Assembly (NCBI GenBank): GCA_024401805.1
Contig: JAKSKG010000001.1
Coordinates: 1 to 59,581 of the forward strand
Length of the DNA: 59,581 nt
Reading direction: 5' to 3'
From: Bacteroidales bacterium
Lineage (GTDB): Bacteria > Bacteroidota > Bacteroidia > Bacteroidales > UBA932
How positions within the stretch are numbered: position 1 is the stretch's first letter; each line of letters opens with the position of its first letter. The position numbers and the translations under genes are program-made. The notes beneath the pieces are model-generated. The model saw only the letters and a list, made by a program, of their open reading frames with translations. It was not told where the DNA came from and searched no databases. Below are positions 16,137 through 27,008 of this stretch, piece after piece.

Positions 16137-17021
16137 ATGGAAAAGACAGATATCCCCAATCAGGCCGGCATAAGGCGCATTGATCCGGGCGACTGGATTC
16201 CGACCGGAGCCGGAGCGGTAGGCCAGTCCTTCGTCAACAGGAACGACCCTTCCCTTATCCTCAAGATGAACAACGGGGAGGCTTCGCTCGACCTGTGGGC
16301 CAGGGAGATTGCCAATGCCAGGGCGATATATGACATAGGGCTTCCTACACCCCGCCCGGGGTACATTGCATTCGACGGGCAGAGGTACGGTCTTGTGTTC
16401 GAGTACATTCAGGGGAAGAAATCCTATGCAAGGGCTGTCGGGGACGCCAGCTCTATGGACGAGATAGACCGGCTCGGGCGCTCTTTTGCCGACGTGTGCC
16501 TCAAGCTGCATTCCACGAACTGCAAGGTCCCGGGGCTGCTTGACGTCAAAGACTACACCAGGAATGCAATAATCAGCAATCCATTCCACTCCCAGGATAT
16601 AAAGGACAAGGCGCTGAACGTGCTGGAATCCCTTCCCGACGGAGAGGTCGGGATACACGGAGACCTGCACTTCGGCAATGTGATCACAGCCGCAGGCAAG
16701 GACTACCTGATAGACCTGGGGACATTCTCTTACGGATACTACAAGTTCGACCTGGGAATGATGGTATTCGTTGCGGCAGGGAACGATTTCGTTTCAGAGG
16801 AAAAATTCATGGAACTGTATCACTGCGGCTTCGAGAGGACCAGACGCTTCCATCAGGCGGCAGCCGACAGATATTTCGGACACAAAGTCGTCCTGGAGGA
16901 CCTTGTGGACGAGTTCATGCCTTATGCGGCGATGCGCCTGTTCAGCATGGAGAACCAGATGAACAGCGAGGCCCTGCTGCCTATGGCGGAAAGGGCTCTA
17001 CGATATCTGACAGAACATTAA
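16137..17021 (+). CDS. Aminoglycoside phosphotransferase-like (APH/choline kinase fold) protein
   Basis: GAGAVG loop, LILK, HGDLHFGN, LIDLG. Confidence 0.8.
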   Translation: MEKTDIPNQAGIRRIDPGDWIPTGAGAVGQSFVNRNDPSLILKMNNGEASLDLWAREIANARAIYDIGLPTPRPGYIAFDGQRYGLVFEYIQGKKSYARAVGDASSMDEIDRLGRSFADVCLKLHSTNCKVPGLLDVKDYTRNAIISNPFHSQDIKDKALNVLESLPDGEVGIHGDLHFGNVITAAGKDYLIDLGTFSYGYYKFDLGMMVFVAAGNDFVSEEKFMELYHCGFERTRRFHQAAADRYFGHKVVLEDLVDEFMPYAAMRLFSMENQMNSEALLPMAERALRYLTEH

Positions 17022-17031
17022 TCATCACACT

Positions 17032-18159
17032 ATGAAAGAAACACCTGTTTTACTGCTTACAGGATATCTCGGGAGCGGAAAGACCACTCTCGTGAACAAG
17101 ATACTCGCCAACCGCAAGGGAATAAAGTTCGCGGTAATCGTGAACGACATAGGGGAGGTGAACATAGACGCTTCGCTGATCGAGAAGGACGGAGTTGTGG
17201 GCAAGAGGGACGAGAGCCTCGTCTCCCTGCAGAACGGTTGCATCTGCTGCACGCTCAAGATGGACCTTGTCCAGCAGATAAGCGACATAGTCGCGATGCA
17301 GAGGTTCGATTATATAGTTATCGAGGCCAGCGGCATCTGCGAGCCGGAGCCTATCGCCCGCACGATATGTTCCATCCCGTATATGGGAGAGGAATACACC
17401 CGCAACGGCAACGCCAGGCTGGACTGCATAGTAACGGTCGTGGATGCCTTGAGGATGAGGGACGAGTTCGCCTGCGCGAAGGACCTCCTCCGCGGGAATC
17501 TGGGCGAGGACGACATCGAGAACCTCGTGATCGAGCAGATAGAGTTCTGCAACGTGATACTCCTCAACAAGGCATCCGAGGTCAAACCGGAAGAACTCGG
17601 TAAGGTCAGGGAGATTGTCAAGGCACTGCAGCCTAAGGCGCGGATCATCGAATGCGACTTTGGCGAAGTTGAACTGGACAGCATACTGGACACGGGGCTT
17701 TTCGACTACGAATCCGTGGCCGCATCGGCAAGCTGGATAACCGAGGTCGAGAAAGGTGCCGGAGATGAAGACGAAGTCGAAGGCGAGGTGGAGGAATACG
17801 GCATAGGCACCTATGTCTACTTCAACCGCAAACCGTTCGACATAAACAAGTTCGACGAATTCGTATCAAAGCGCTGGCCGGCAGGGGTGATAAGAGCCAA
17901 GGGAATGTGCTATTTCACGGACGACACCGACATCTGCTACATATTCGAGCAGGCAGGGACCCAGATATCCCTCAAGAATGCAGGCCAGTGGTACGCCACC
18001 ATGCCGGAAGACGAACTCAAGTTCCAGCTGGCTACGGACGACGCGTTGAAACGCGACTGGGACCCTCTGTACGGGGACAGGATGCAGAAACTCGTATTCA
18101 TAGGCCAGAACCTTGACAGGAAGGCCATCAGGGAAGCGCTTGACTTCTGTTTGGAATAA
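17032..18159 (+). CDS. CobW/COG0523 family GTPase metallochaperone
   Basis: GYLGSGKTT, GCICC, IEASG, LNK, RAKG, C-terminal LVFIG. Confidence 0.92.
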   Translation: MKETPVLLLTGYLGSGKTTLVNKILANRKGIKFAVIVNDIGEVNIDASLIEKDGVVGKRDESLVSLQNGCICCTLKMDLVQQISDIVAMQRFDYIVIEASGICEPEPIARTICSIPYMGEEYTRNGNARLDCIVTVVDALRMRDEFACAKDLLRGNLGEDDIENLVIEQIEFCNVILLNKASEVKPEELGKVREIVKALQPKARIIECDFGEVELDSILDTGLFDYESVAASASWITEVEKGAGDEDEVEGEVEEYGIGTYVYFNRKPFDINKFDEFVSKRWPAGVIRAKGMCYFTDDTDICYIFEQAGTQISLKNAGQWYATMPEDELKFQLATDDALKRDWDPLYGDRMQKLVFIGQNLDRKAIREALDFCLE

Positions 18160-18161
18160 GT

Positions 18162-18200
18162 AAAAAAAAGAGAGGTCCTCATTCGAGAACCTCTCCTTTT
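18162..18200. terminator. Bidirectional terminator between convergent genes
   Basis: A8-GAGAGGT...ACCTCTC-CTTTT. Confidence 0.55.
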
Positions 18201-19741
18201 GAATTGCAGAAATCAAATTGCAGGACTGAATAATCCGTGGATTCCTCCAACCGGAGACGGCATTTGAATTTGCGCTTCCACGTCTTGAAAAATGAGTTCC
18301 ATCCCTTGGTGATGTACGCTGCCAGGATTGGGCTGACTTTCAATGTCAAGTCGTTCATTCCCTTTTCCTGTACCAGATAGGCAAGTTTGCGCTCTATCTG
18401 CTCGTCGATCACTATGCTGGAAGCTATCTTTCCCGTACCGTGGCAGAGAGGGCACTGTTCCGTAGTGTTGATCTGAGTCACCGGACGTATGCGCTGGCGG
18501 GTAATCTGCATAAGTCCGAACTTGGTAAGAGGCAGCACGTTGTGCTTGGCCCTGTCGGACGACATCAGATCCACCATGAACTTGTACAGTTCGTTGCGAT
18601 GCTCGGCGGTGTCCATATCTATGAAATCGACTATGACAATGCCGCCCATATCGCGCAGTCTAAGCTGGCGGGCAATCTCCTCGGCAGCTATCTTGTTGAC
18701 CTCAAACGAGTTTTCCTCCTGGTCGGCCGCGCGGGAGCGGATACCGCTGTTCACGTCAATGACATTCAGGGCCTCGGTTGTCTCTATCACCAGATAGGCT
18801 CCCTTTTGCATCGGCACTACCTTGCCGAAGGAACTCTTGATCTGGCGGGTGACCTCGAAATGGTCGAAAACAGGCTCCTTGCCATCGTAAAGTTTTACGA
18901 TCTTCTCCTGATCCGGAGAAATCTGTGCAATGTAGCTGCGGGCTTCTTCATAGACTGCGCTGTCGTTGACATATACGTTCGAGAACGACTCGTTAAGCAG
19001 GTCACGGAGAACCGCCGTTGTCTTGGAACATTCAGAGAAGAGGCGCTTTATCCCCTTGCTCGAAGCAAGCAGGCTCCAGGACTGTTCCCACTTACGTATC
19101 AGCGAGCCCAGTTCGGCGACCAGGACGGCCGCGTTCTTGCCTTCCGACGCCGTGCGGATGATAGCTCCGTAGTTGGCCGGCAAGATACTCTTCACGAGTG
19201 CTTCCAGGCGCTTTTTCTCTTCTTTGGATGTGATTTTCTGAGATATGCTCACCTTGTCTGCAAAAGGGAGCAAAACAATGTTGCGTCCTGCCAATGAAAT
19301 CTCTGCAGTGAGTCTGGACCCCTTTGTGGAAATCGGTTCCTTGACTACCTGTACGATTATCATCTGGCCCACTTTGAGGTGATCCTCTATCCTGCCCTCC
19401 TTCCCGAGGATGGGACCGAGTTTTATCCCCTGATACAGCGCCTTGAGGTCTCTGTTGGGATTGCTCTCACGCACAAAAGTATCAAAGGCGGTAAAATGAA
19501 GACCGAGGTCCAGATAATGTACAAAGGCTTCTTTGGTGTCTCCGATATCCACGAAAGCGGCATTCAACGACGGGAGGAGTTTCTTGACACGTCCAAGCAC
19601 CACATCCCCCACCGTAAAACCTTCATCGCCGACTGATTCCCTGCTGTACTCCACCAGCCTGTGATTCTGCATCAAGGCAAGCCGTACTTCCGACTGGGAT
19701 ACATCGACAATAAGGTCGTTGATTCTTTCTTCGGATTCCAT
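18179..19741 (-). CDS. rng: Rne/Rng family ribonuclease
   Basis: AAFVDIG, VKEPISTKGSRLT, IDVNSG, RQLRLRDMGGIVIVDFIDM, CPLCHGTG. Confidence 0.93.
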   Translation of the reverse strand: MESEERINDLIVDVSQSEVRLALMQNHRLVEYSRESVGDEGFTVGDVVLGRVKKLLPSLNAAFVDIGDTKEAFVHYLDLGLHFTAFDTFVRESNPNRDLKALYQGIKLGPILGKEGRIEDHLKVGQMIIVQVVKEPISTKGSRLTAEISLAGRNIVLLPFADKVSISQKITSKEEKKRLEALVKSILPANYGAIIRTASEGKNAAVLVAELGSLIRKWEQSWSLLASSKGIKRLFSECSKTTAVLRDLLNESFSNVYVNDSAVYEEARSYIAQISPDQEKIVKLYDGKEPVFDHFEVTRQIKSSFGKVVPMQKGAYLVIETTEALNVIDVNSGIRSRAADQEENSFEVNKIAAEEIARQLRLRDMGGIVIVDFIDMDTAEHRNELYKFMVDLMSSDRAKHNVLPLTKFGLMQITRQRIRPVTQINTTEQCPLCHGTGKIASSIVIDEQIERKLAYLVQEKGMNDLTLKVSPILAAYITKGWNSFFKTWKRKFKCRLRLEESTDYSVLQFDFCNSKGEVLE

Positions 19742-19794
19742 TAACTTTTGAATAATAAAAAGGCCCGCCGGATCCCCCGTCAGGCCTCATTCGA

Positions 19795-19884
19795 CTACTT
19801 CTTCTTATGTCTGTTGAGACGCAAACGCTTCTTGCGTTTGTGTGTCGCCATCTTGTGTCTCTTATGCTTCTTTCCGTTTGGCAT
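19795..19884 (-). CDS. 30S ribosomal protein bS22 (29 aa, MPNGKKHKRHKMATHKRKKRLRLNRHKKK)
   Basis: Translated by hand; matches the Bacteroidota bS22 pattern; missed by the ORF track. Confidence 0.85.
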   Translation of the reverse strand: MPNGKKHKRHKMATHKRKKRLRLNRHKKK

Positions 19885-19899
19885 AGTGTATTGTGTTAA

Positions 19900-20175
19900 T
19901 TATTTCTTGATTTCAGCCAGGAAAACCTTTGCCGGTTTGAATGCCGGAATGTCGTGTGCAGGGATTGTAAGGGTGGTTTTCTTAGTAATATTGCGAGCCG
20001 CCTTCTGTGCCCTGTGCTTGATGATGAAGCTGCCGAATCCGCGAAGATATACAGGATTACCCTTTACGAGCGAATCCTTAACGCTTTCCATAAAAGACTC
20101 AACCACTGTCTGTACAGCCACTTTCTCAATGCCAGTATTCTTGGCAATCTCGTTAACGATTTCTGCTTTAGTCAT
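19900..20175 (-). CDS. HU family DNA-binding protein
   Basis: MTKAEIV, VYLRGFGSF, ARNI, PAFKP. Confidence 0.93.
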   Translation of the reverse strand: MTKAEIVNEIAKNTGIEKVAVQTVVESFMESVKDSLVKGNPVYLRGFGSFIIKHRAQKAARNITKKTTLTIPAHDIPAFKPAKVFLAEIKK

Positions 20176-20280
20176 AAGTAAATTGTTTTTCGATTTTTTG
20201 GGATTGCAAAAGTATACTTAATTTTTTAGTTTTCAAAATACTAAGAGCAAATTTATATCATTTGTCACGACTTTTGGCAG

Positions 20281-20295
20281 TGGCACGGAGATTGT
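20281..20295 (+). promoter_or_regulatory. Candidate sigma54 (-24/-12) promoter of lon
   Basis: TGGCACG-GAGA-TTGT versus consensus TGGCACG-N4-TTGC. Confidence 0.5.
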
Positions 20296-20347
20296 CTATA
20301 TTAGCGGAAGCATTTTATATATCATTTTCACTGACATTTTGGCAAAT

Positions 20348-22717
20348 ATGAGACAAGAAATCAATATAATCCCGGTGGTTCAGGAAGAGGGGCAGTTGAA
20401 ATTCAACGAATCGGAACTTCCGGATAATCTGCCTATCCTGGCCCTGAGGAACGCCGTGATATTCCCTGGAGCCATCTTCCCTATCACGATAGGCAGGGAG
20501 AAATCCATAAGGCTCATCGAGGATGCCGAGCAGGCGGGGACGTTCATCGGCGCCGTTCCCCAGAACGATGTGATGGTGGAAGAACCTCACGAGGAGGATC
20601 TGTACAAATACGGAACCGTAGCGAAGGTCCTGAAGACGCTCGAGATGCCGGACGGCACAATCACAGCCATACTCCAGGCATATCAGAGGCTGGAGCTGGA
20701 CCGTGTCACAGGATATGACCCGTATATCTTCGCGGACGTTCACTATCTGCCGGAGATACTTCACCAGAGCAACGACAGCCCGGACCTCAAGGCCATGGCC
20801 GAATCACTCAAGGACAAGGCCATCCAGGTCATCAAATCGAACCTGGCCTCCCGCGAGGCCATAGGCGCTCTCAAGGCAATTGAGAATTTCCAGTTCCTGG
20901 TGAACTTCATCGCCACCACGATCGAGGTCGAGAATTTCTCGGACAAGATGCAGCTGCTGCAGTATGACGACATAAAGGTACGCGCGCTCAAACTGCTCTC
21001 GCTGCTCGAGGTTCAGGAGCAGCTTTTGCGAATCAAGCAGGAAATCAATCAGAAGGTCAAGAGCGACATAGACCAGCAGCAGAGGGAATACTACCTCAAC
21101 AACCAGCTCAGGACCATCCAGGAGGAACTTGGTATGGACGGCGACGGGGAATTCAACAGGTTCCGCGAGGCTGCAGCCAAGAAAAACTGGCCCGAGAGCG
21201 TGGCAAAGACCTTCGAGAAGGAACTTGCAAGGCTCGAGAAATACAATCCCAACTCGCCCGACTACAGCGTCCAGTACAATTATCTGGAATTCATGCTGGA
21301 GCTTCCTTGGAACGATATGAGCACGGACAATCTGGACCTCAACCATGCACAGGAGGTTCTGGACAAGGACCACTACGGACTTGATTCTGTCAAGGACCGC
21401 ATTGTGGAATATCTGGCGGTGCTCAAACTCAAGGGGAATATGAAATCCCCTATTCTCTGCCTCTACGGGCCTCCGGGAGTTGGAAAGACCAGTCTAGGCA
21501 AGTCCGTGGCCAAGGCTCTGGGACGCAAATACGTAAGGATTTCACTCGGAGGAATGCACGACGAGGCCGAAATACGAGGCCACCGCAAAACCTATGTCGG
21601 AGCGCTCCCGGGACGCATCCTCAACGGCATAGCCAAGGCAGGCACTTCCAACCCTGTAATTGTCCTGGACGAGATTGACAAACTGTCGTCCGACTTCAAG
21701 GGCGACCCGTCATCTGCACTTCTCGAGGCTTTGGACCCGGAGCAAAACGGAACCTTCCACGACAATTACCTGGATATTGACTACGACCTGAGCAATGTGC
21801 TGTTCATCACTACGGCAAACGGCATATCCACAATCCAGCCGGCCCTTCTGGACCGTATGGAGGTAATCAACGTGACCGGTTACCTTGCCGAGGAAAAGAT
21901 AGAGATTGCGAAGCACTTCCTTGTGCCCAAGCAGTTGGAGGAGCACGGAATTGACAAGCGCAAGCTCAAGCTGGACACAGCCTGCATCAAGGACATCATA
22001 GACAAGTACACCCACGAATCAGGTGTCCGCGGTCTGGAGAAGCAGATCGCGAAGGTGGCCCGCGTGACCGCCAAGAAGATAGCCACGGAGCAGGAATACC
22101 CTGCCACGCTCAAGAAAGAAAACCTCAAGGAATATCTCGGGCTTCCTACGAATTATCACGATTCCCAGAAGGGCAACGAGGCTCCCGGTGTGGTAACTGG
22201 TCTGGCGTGGACGCAGATGGGCGGCGAAATACTTTTCGTCGAGAGTTCGGTGAGCAACGGGAAGGGACTTATGAGCATGACAGGCAACCTCGGAGACGTG
22301 ATGAAGGAGTCCGCCACCATTGCCTACCAGTATATCAAGGCCCATCCTCAGATGATAGATATGACATCAAAGCAGTTCTCGGCCAAGGACATACACGTCC
22401 ACGTACCGGAAGGGGCCACTCCAAAGGACGGTCCTTCCGCCGGTATCACAATGGTGACGTCTATGGTGAGCGCGCTGCGGGGCAAGAGCATACGCAAAGG
22501 CATCGCAATGACCGGAGAAATGACACTGCGTGGCAAGGTGCTTCCTGTCGGTGGCATCAAGGAGAAGATACTGGCCGCCAAGAGAGCAGGAGTCAAGACA
22601 ATCGTGATATGTGAGGACAACCGTCGCGACATCGAAGACATCAAGGAAATCTATGTCAAGGGACTGGAATTCCATTATGTCAAGAACATAAAGGACGTAA
22701 TAGACTTTGTATTTTGA
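20348..22717 (+). CDS. lon: ATP-dependent Lon protease
   Basis: [29 protein letters not shown]. Confidence 0.97.
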   Translation: MRQEINIIPVVQEEGQLKFNESELPDNLPILALRNAVIFPGAIFPITIGREKSIRLIEDAEQAGTFIGAVPQNDVMVEEPHEEDLYKYGTVAKVLKTLEMPDGTITAILQAYQRLELDRVTGYDPYIFADVHYLPEILHQSNDSPDLKAMAESLKDKAIQVIKSNLASREAIGALKAIENFQFLVNFIATTIEVENFSDKMQLLQYDDIKVRALKLLSLLEVQEQLLRIKQEINQKVKSDIDQQQREYYLNNQLRTIQEELGMDGDGEFNRFREAAAKKNWPESVAKTFEKELARLEKYNPNSPDYSVQYNYLEFMLELPWNDMSTDNLDLNHAQEVLDKDHYGLDSVKDRIVEYLAVLKLKGNMKSPILCLYGPPGVGKTSLGKSVAKALGRKYVRISLGGMHDEAEIRGHRKTYVGALPGRILNGIAKAGTSNPVIVLDEIDKLSSDFKGDPSSALLEALDPEQNGTFHDNYLDIDYDLSNVLFITTANGISTIQPALLDRMEVINVTGYLAEEKIEIAKHFLVPKQLEEHGIDKRKLKLDTACIKDIIDKYTHESGVRGLEKQIAKVARVTAKKIATEQEYPATLKKENLKEYLGLPTNYHDSQKGNEAPGVVTGLAWTQMGGEILFVESSVSNGKGLMSMTGNLGDVMKESATIAYQYIKAHPQMIDMTSKQFSAKDIHVHVPEGATPKDGPSAGITMVTSMVSALRGKSIRKGIAMTGEMTLRGKVLPVGGIKEKILAAKRAGVKTIVICEDNRRDIEDIKEIYVKGLEFHYVKNIKDVIDFVF

Positions 22718-23382
22718 CAGTAAAGATTGAAAATAGCTGGCGTGAGGCCCTGCAAAGTGAGTTCGACAAACCTTACTTTGCGGGGCTTTCCGCATATCTG
22801 CACCAGGAGAAGAGCCGCGGAGCCATGATATTCCCTCCGGGGGACAAGATTTTCCGGGCGTTCGAACTCACCCCTCTGGACCAGGTCAAGGTCGTGATTC
22901 TAGGCCAGGATCCATATCACGGGTACGGGCAGGCCATGGGCCTGTCATTTTCCGTTCCCGACGAGGTTCCTGCTCCTCCGTCACTGAAGAACATCTTCAG
23001 GGAGATCGAGAGCGACCTCGGCATTCAGATGTCCGGCAGGCACAATCTCGAGAGCTGGGCCCGGCAGGGAGTGCTGCTGCTCAACGCAGTGCTTACCGTC
23101 CGAAGCGGAGAGGCTGCATCGCACAGCGGAATCGGCTGGCAGGAGTTCACAGATTCTGTCATAAAGGCAATCTCGGACCGGTGCCAGGGCGTCGTATTCC
23201 TGCTTTGGGGCAACTACGCAAGGAGCAAGGCTCCTCTGATAGACACGAGCAGGCATTTCGTACTGGAGGCCGCACACCCTTCACCTCTGGCAAGGGGCGC
23301 GTTCTTCGGCTGCAGGCATTTTTCAAAAACAAACGCTCTGCTTGAACGGCAGGGCAAAGAACCCATAAATTGGCAAATATGA
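22714..23382 (+). CDS. ung: Uracil-DNA glycosylase
   Basis: GQDPYH, GVLLLN, HPSPL; TTG start overlapping the lon stop. Confidence 0.96.
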   Translation: MTVKIENSWREALQSEFDKPYFAGLSAYLHQEKSRGAMIFPPGDKIFRAFELTPLDQVKVVILGQDPYHGYGQAMGLSFSVPDEVPAPPSLKNIFREIESDLGIQMSGRHNLESWARQGVLLLNAVLTVRSGEAASHSGIGWQEFTDSVIKAISDRCQGVVFLLWGNYARSKAPLIDTSRHFVLEAAHPSPLARGAFFGCRHFSKTNALLERQGKEPINWQI

Positions 23383-23846
23383 AAACAGCACTGTTCCCCG
23401 GTTCGTTCGACCCATTCACAGCCGGGCATCTCAACATACTCCGCAGGGCGCTCACTATGTTCGACAAGGTTGTTGTCGCAGTGGGCGTGAACCAGGACAA
23501 GAGAGGTTTCTTCTCAAACGATCAGAGACTGGAGATAATAGAGCAGGCCACTTCCGGGATCAGCGGGGTGGAAATCATCGAATATGACGGACTCACCGTA
23601 GACATCTGCCGCAAGATGGGCATCACCCACATTGTCAGGGGTGTACGGAATATGCTGGACTTCGAGCAGGAGAGGGCCATTGCCGATGCAAACCGCAAGC
23701 TGGCACCGGAAATCGAGACCATCATCATACCTACTGCCCAGGAATATGCGCATATTTCATCATCTGCGGTACGCGATTTGCTCTCACATCACGGAAACAC
23801 GTCGCTGTTCATGCCCGATGGCGTTGTACTGCCCGAATGCAAATGA
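23379..23846 (+). CDS. coaD: Phosphopantetheine adenylyltransferase
   Basis: PGSFDPFTAGH, VRGVR, ISSSAVR. Confidence 0.96.
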   Translation: MKTALFPGSFDPFTAGHLNILRRALTMFDKVVVAVGVNQDKRGFFSNDQRLEIIEQATSGISGVEIIEYDGLTVDICRKMGITHIVRGVRNMLDFEQERAIADANRKLAPEIETIIIPTAQEYAHISSSAVRDLLSHHGNTSLFMPDGVVLPECK

Positions 23847-24676
23847 AGAAATTGCTGCTCATATCCGCTTTCCTGCTTGTTTTCCTGACGGCCGCCGCCC
23901 AGGAGAGGGACTTCTCTTCCCTTGACAGTCTGCTGACCGTCTATTGCACGGCTATGCAGGAAGAGACCTTGGAGAGCAAACAGCTCGAATGCGATTTCCT
24001 CATAGGAAGCTGCAAGGACACCGCCACCATGGAACACGTGGCCCGGAAACTGTTCGATCATTATGCCGCTTCCAATGTAATGGGAGAGGAGGCGCTTGCC
24101 ATATACGTATACGACAAATGGTTCGCGGACGGCACACTTTCCATCGGAGGGGAATACGTCAAGATGGAGGCGGACATATTCGTCATGTTCAACCGCAGCA
24201 GCCTGATAGGTATGGATGCCCCGGTGCTCGAGATGAACGGAGCGGATTGCAGGAAGGTAAGGATTCCATCCATAGGCCGGACCAGCATATTGTTCTTCTT
24301 CGACACTTCCTGCTCCAAATGCAGAATATATATGGACCTGCTCCCACAGGCACTGAGCGATGTGGATTTCCCGGTAGATTTCTACGCTGTCTACTGCGGT
24401 CCCGATTCACAGGCCTGGGAGGAATTCAGGCAGGAGTTCGATCTTGGCAACCCCGCGATCAACCTCATCCATGCCTGGGACCCTGAACTTGATACGGATT
24501 ACCAGAGACTCTATTCCGTCATTTCAACTCCAAGGGTATTTGTCGTGGAGCCTCAGGGGACCATAATAGGCAGGAGACTGGAACCGGATTCACTCAAGGA
24601 GCTGATGGTTTATGCAGGTGCAATCCAGAAGGTTTACGACGATTTCAACAAATGCGAACAATATGAGACGAAGTAA
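23843..24676 (+). CDS. Exported thioredoxin-like (TlpA/redoxin) protein
   Basis: Signal peptide; IGMDAP, FFDTSCSKC (CxxC), STP motif. Confidence 0.7.
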   Translation: MKKLLLISAFLLVFLTAAAQERDFSSLDSLLTVYCTAMQEETLESKQLECDFLIGSCKDTATMEHVARKLFDHYAASNVMGEEALAIYVYDKWFADGTLSIGGEYVKMEADIFVMFNRSSLIGMDAPVLEMNGADCRKVRIPSIGRTSILFFFDTSCSKCRIYMDLLPQALSDVDFPVDFYAVYCGPDSQAWEEFRQEFDLGNPAINLIHAWDPELDTDYQRLYSVISTPRVFVVEPQGTIIGRRLEPDSLKELMVYAGAIQKVYDDFNKCEQYETK

Positions 24677-24893
24677 GAAATTTGCCGGAGTGGATCCGCA
24701 GTATCTGGCAAAACAAAGGGAGTCCCTTCGCAGAAGGAACCGCAAAACTGTCCTGTTCAATGATCAGGAACTTGCTGCCATAGACGAGTATTGCCGCCGG
24801 TTCAAAGTCAAATCAAGGTCCGCCATGATAAGGCAGGCGACGATGGAAAGGATACTCACATCCCTGTCGGAAGAGCATCCTACGCTTTTCTGA
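24663..24893 (+). CDS. Small basic hypothetical protein (possible ribbon-helix-helix-like)
   Basis: 76 aa; LFNDQELAAIDEYC...RSAMIR...HPTLF; overlaps the upstream stop. Confidence 0.6.
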   Translation: MRRSKKFAGVDPQYLAKQRESLRRRNRKTVLFNDQELAAIDEYCRRFKVKSRSAMIRQATMERILTSLSEEHPTLF

Positions 24894-25983
24894 CAATCGA
24901 GAACGCGTTGTAACCGCAACGCAGAGCCACTGTCAGAAGAAGCGGGATCAGTGCCGGATGGAAGTACTGGAACTTGAGCGCGAACCCGGCCAGCCCTACG
25001 GACAGAGGCAGAAGATACAGGGCGGAGCACCAACGCGCTGCGCGTGATTCACGCCATTTCCCGAAACACATAAGGATGCCGTATGCCAACGGCAGAGGGT
25101 TGATCCAGATCAGAAGCCAGTTCGGACTTGTTGCCGGATGGGAAGAGAAAGCCGTAAGGAAGAAAATGATGCTTCCCATCAATCCAAGAACAAGACTCAA
25201 TGCCAGGTCGATACCCCAAAGTCGCTTTTTCCTTGCCACTCCGTATGCTGTAAAAGCCGCCACAAGTACCGCTACAGTCCAAAGAGTCAGCTGCGGCGAC
25301 GGAATCCAGGCCTTGGGAGCCCTCTCCCCTGCCGGAACAAGCACCGTTGTTCCGCTTACAAGAGGACGGCCGTCTACGGTCGCGCCGGCAAATGCCTGCT
25401 GCATTATCTCGGGCGCGAACATCTGCACCCGCAGACTTGCAGGGGAATCGGCCTCGGGGCCGAGGAGCATGGATATTCCGAATCCGGTCCAGGCATAATC
25501 GGCAGTATAATGATTCAATATGTCTCTCAGGTTGGAATACGGGGAATCGAAGTCGTATCTAACGGCAGAACTGCTGCTGCGTTCAACCATCATCCTGACA
25601 CGGGTGGCGCAATTGTCATAGAAGAAATTGTAGCGGTAGAACCTGTTCTCGGGACGGCAGTTCTCGACCAGAGAACTCCAGAGCATGAGCTTGTCCTGCT
25701 GCGGAAGGTCCAGCACCTGTTCGGTGACCTGTCTGTTCTCCCTTTCGTATTCCTGAAGGAAATATTTTGTTTCCGAGGCTCCTACGCAATAATCCGTCTG
25801 TCCCGTGCAGAACCTCCAGATGAAATGAGGAGTGTCGAAACTGAACAGCCCGTAATTGAAAGTTACGTCTGTTCCGCTCGACCGGTCCTGTATCCTGAGT
25901 GCAGTATGGCCGTAATTGGCCCAGACCTCGCTCCCAGGAGAACAGGTTATCAGAGAGACTGTGAAGTCGTATAGTTCCTCCAT
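24880..25983 (-). CDS. DUF4105 membrane protein, Lnb-like lipoprotein N-acyltransferase
   Basis: GHTALR, FNYGLF, YRYNFFYDNCATR plus C-terminal TM helices. Confidence 0.8.
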   Translation of the reverse strand: MEELYDFTVSLITCSPGSEVWANYGHTALRIQDRSSGTDVTFNYGLFSFDTPHFIWRFCTGQTDYCVGASETKYFLQEYERENRQVTEQVLDLPQQDKLMLWSSLVENCRPENRFYRYNFFYDNCATRVRMMVERSSSSAVRYDFDSPYSNLRDILNHYTADYAWTGFGISMLLGPEADSPASLRVQMFAPEIMQQAFAGATVDGRPLVSGTTVLVPAGERAPKAWIPSPQLTLWTVAVLVAAFTAYGVARKKRLWGIDLALSLVLGLMGSIIFFLTAFSSHPATSPNWLLIWINPLPLAYGILMCFGKWRESRAARWCSALYLLPLSVGLAGFALKFQYFHPALIPLLLTVALRCGYNAFSIVRKA

Positions 25984-27008
25984 TTTTCAAGCAATGCTGT
26001 CATATCATCGGGAAGGGGGGAATCGAACTGCAGCCACTTCCCGCTGACAGGGTGTATAAAGCCCAACGTCTTGGCATGCAGAGCCTGGCGTGGGCACAAC
26101 TCGAAACAATTCTGTATGAACTGTTTGTATTTCGCATATATGGTTCCTTTGCGGATCTCCCTGCCTCCGTAACGCTCGTCGGCAAAGATAGGATGGCCTA
26201 GGTAGCTCATATGCACCCTTATCTGATGCGTGCGTCCGGTCTCGAGCTTGCACTCAATGAAGGTGACGAACCCGAAACGTTCCAGCACCTTGAAATGGGT
26301 GATTGCCCGCTTGCCCTTGGAAGGGTCGTCATAGACACGGAAACGCAACCTGTCGTTCGGATCGCGCCCTATGGTCGTGTCGATTGTCCCTTCGTCTTCC
26401 TTGATGTCTCCCCAGACTATGGCCACGTATCTGCGCTCGATGGAGTGGTCGAAGAACTGTTTGGCGAGCTTGAGCTGCGATTCGTCATTCTTGGCCACCG
26501 CCAGAAGGCCGCTGGTGTCCTTGTCTATCCTGTGCACCAGGATGCCCATACGCTCATCTTCCGCATCCGGTCCCTGGGTAATACCCAAATGATAGGAAAG
26601 CGCATTGACAAGCGTCCCCTCGAAATGTCCGTGACCGGGATGCACTACCATTCCGGCAGGCTTGTTGACTACGAGGACATCATCGTCCTCATAAGCGATG
26701 TCCAGGGGAATGTCCTGTGGCAGCACTTCCAGCCCCCGGCGGCGGTACGGCATCACAAAGCGTATGACATCACCCGGACGGACGATATAATTGGCCTTCC
26801 TGACTACGTCCCCAACCAGCACATAACCCTGTTTGATGGCGCACTGCACCCTGTTGCGGGAAGTATCCTCCAGATGCGTGGACATATACTTGTCCAGACG
26901 CATGGGCGCCTGCCCTGCATCGGATTCAAGCCGGAAATGCTCGAACATCCCCTGCTCTTCGTCCTCGATCAGTTCCTCTCTGTCCAGCTGTCCGTCGAAA
27001 TCCATCAT
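25950..27008 (-). CDS. rluD: RluA/RluD family pseudouridine synthase
   Basis: S4 domain RLDKY; NKPAGMVVHP, HRIDKDTSG, LETGRTHQIRVH. Confidence 0.9.
   Translation of the reverse strand: MMDFDGQLDREELIEDEEQGMFEHFRLESDAGQAPMRLDKYMSTHLEDTSRNRVQCAIKQGYVLVGDVVRKANYIVRPGDVIRFVMPYRRRGLEVLPQDIPLDIAYEDDDVLVVNKPAGMVVHPGHGHFEGTLVNALSYHLGITQGPDAEDERMGILVHRIDKDTSGLLAVAKNDESQLKLAKQFFDHSIERRYVAIVWGDIKEDEGTIDTTIGRDPNDRLRFRVYDDPSKGKRAITHFKVLERFGFVTFIECKLETGRTHQIRVHMSYLGHPIFADERYGGREIRKGTIYAKYKQFIQNCFELCPRQALHAKTLGFIHPVSGKWLQFDSPLPDDMTALLEKWRNYTTSQSL

Noticed and set aside
16137-17021. Antibiotic-resistance call for the APH-like gene
   Set aside because: Only generic kinase-fold motifs, host-like composition and no mobile context
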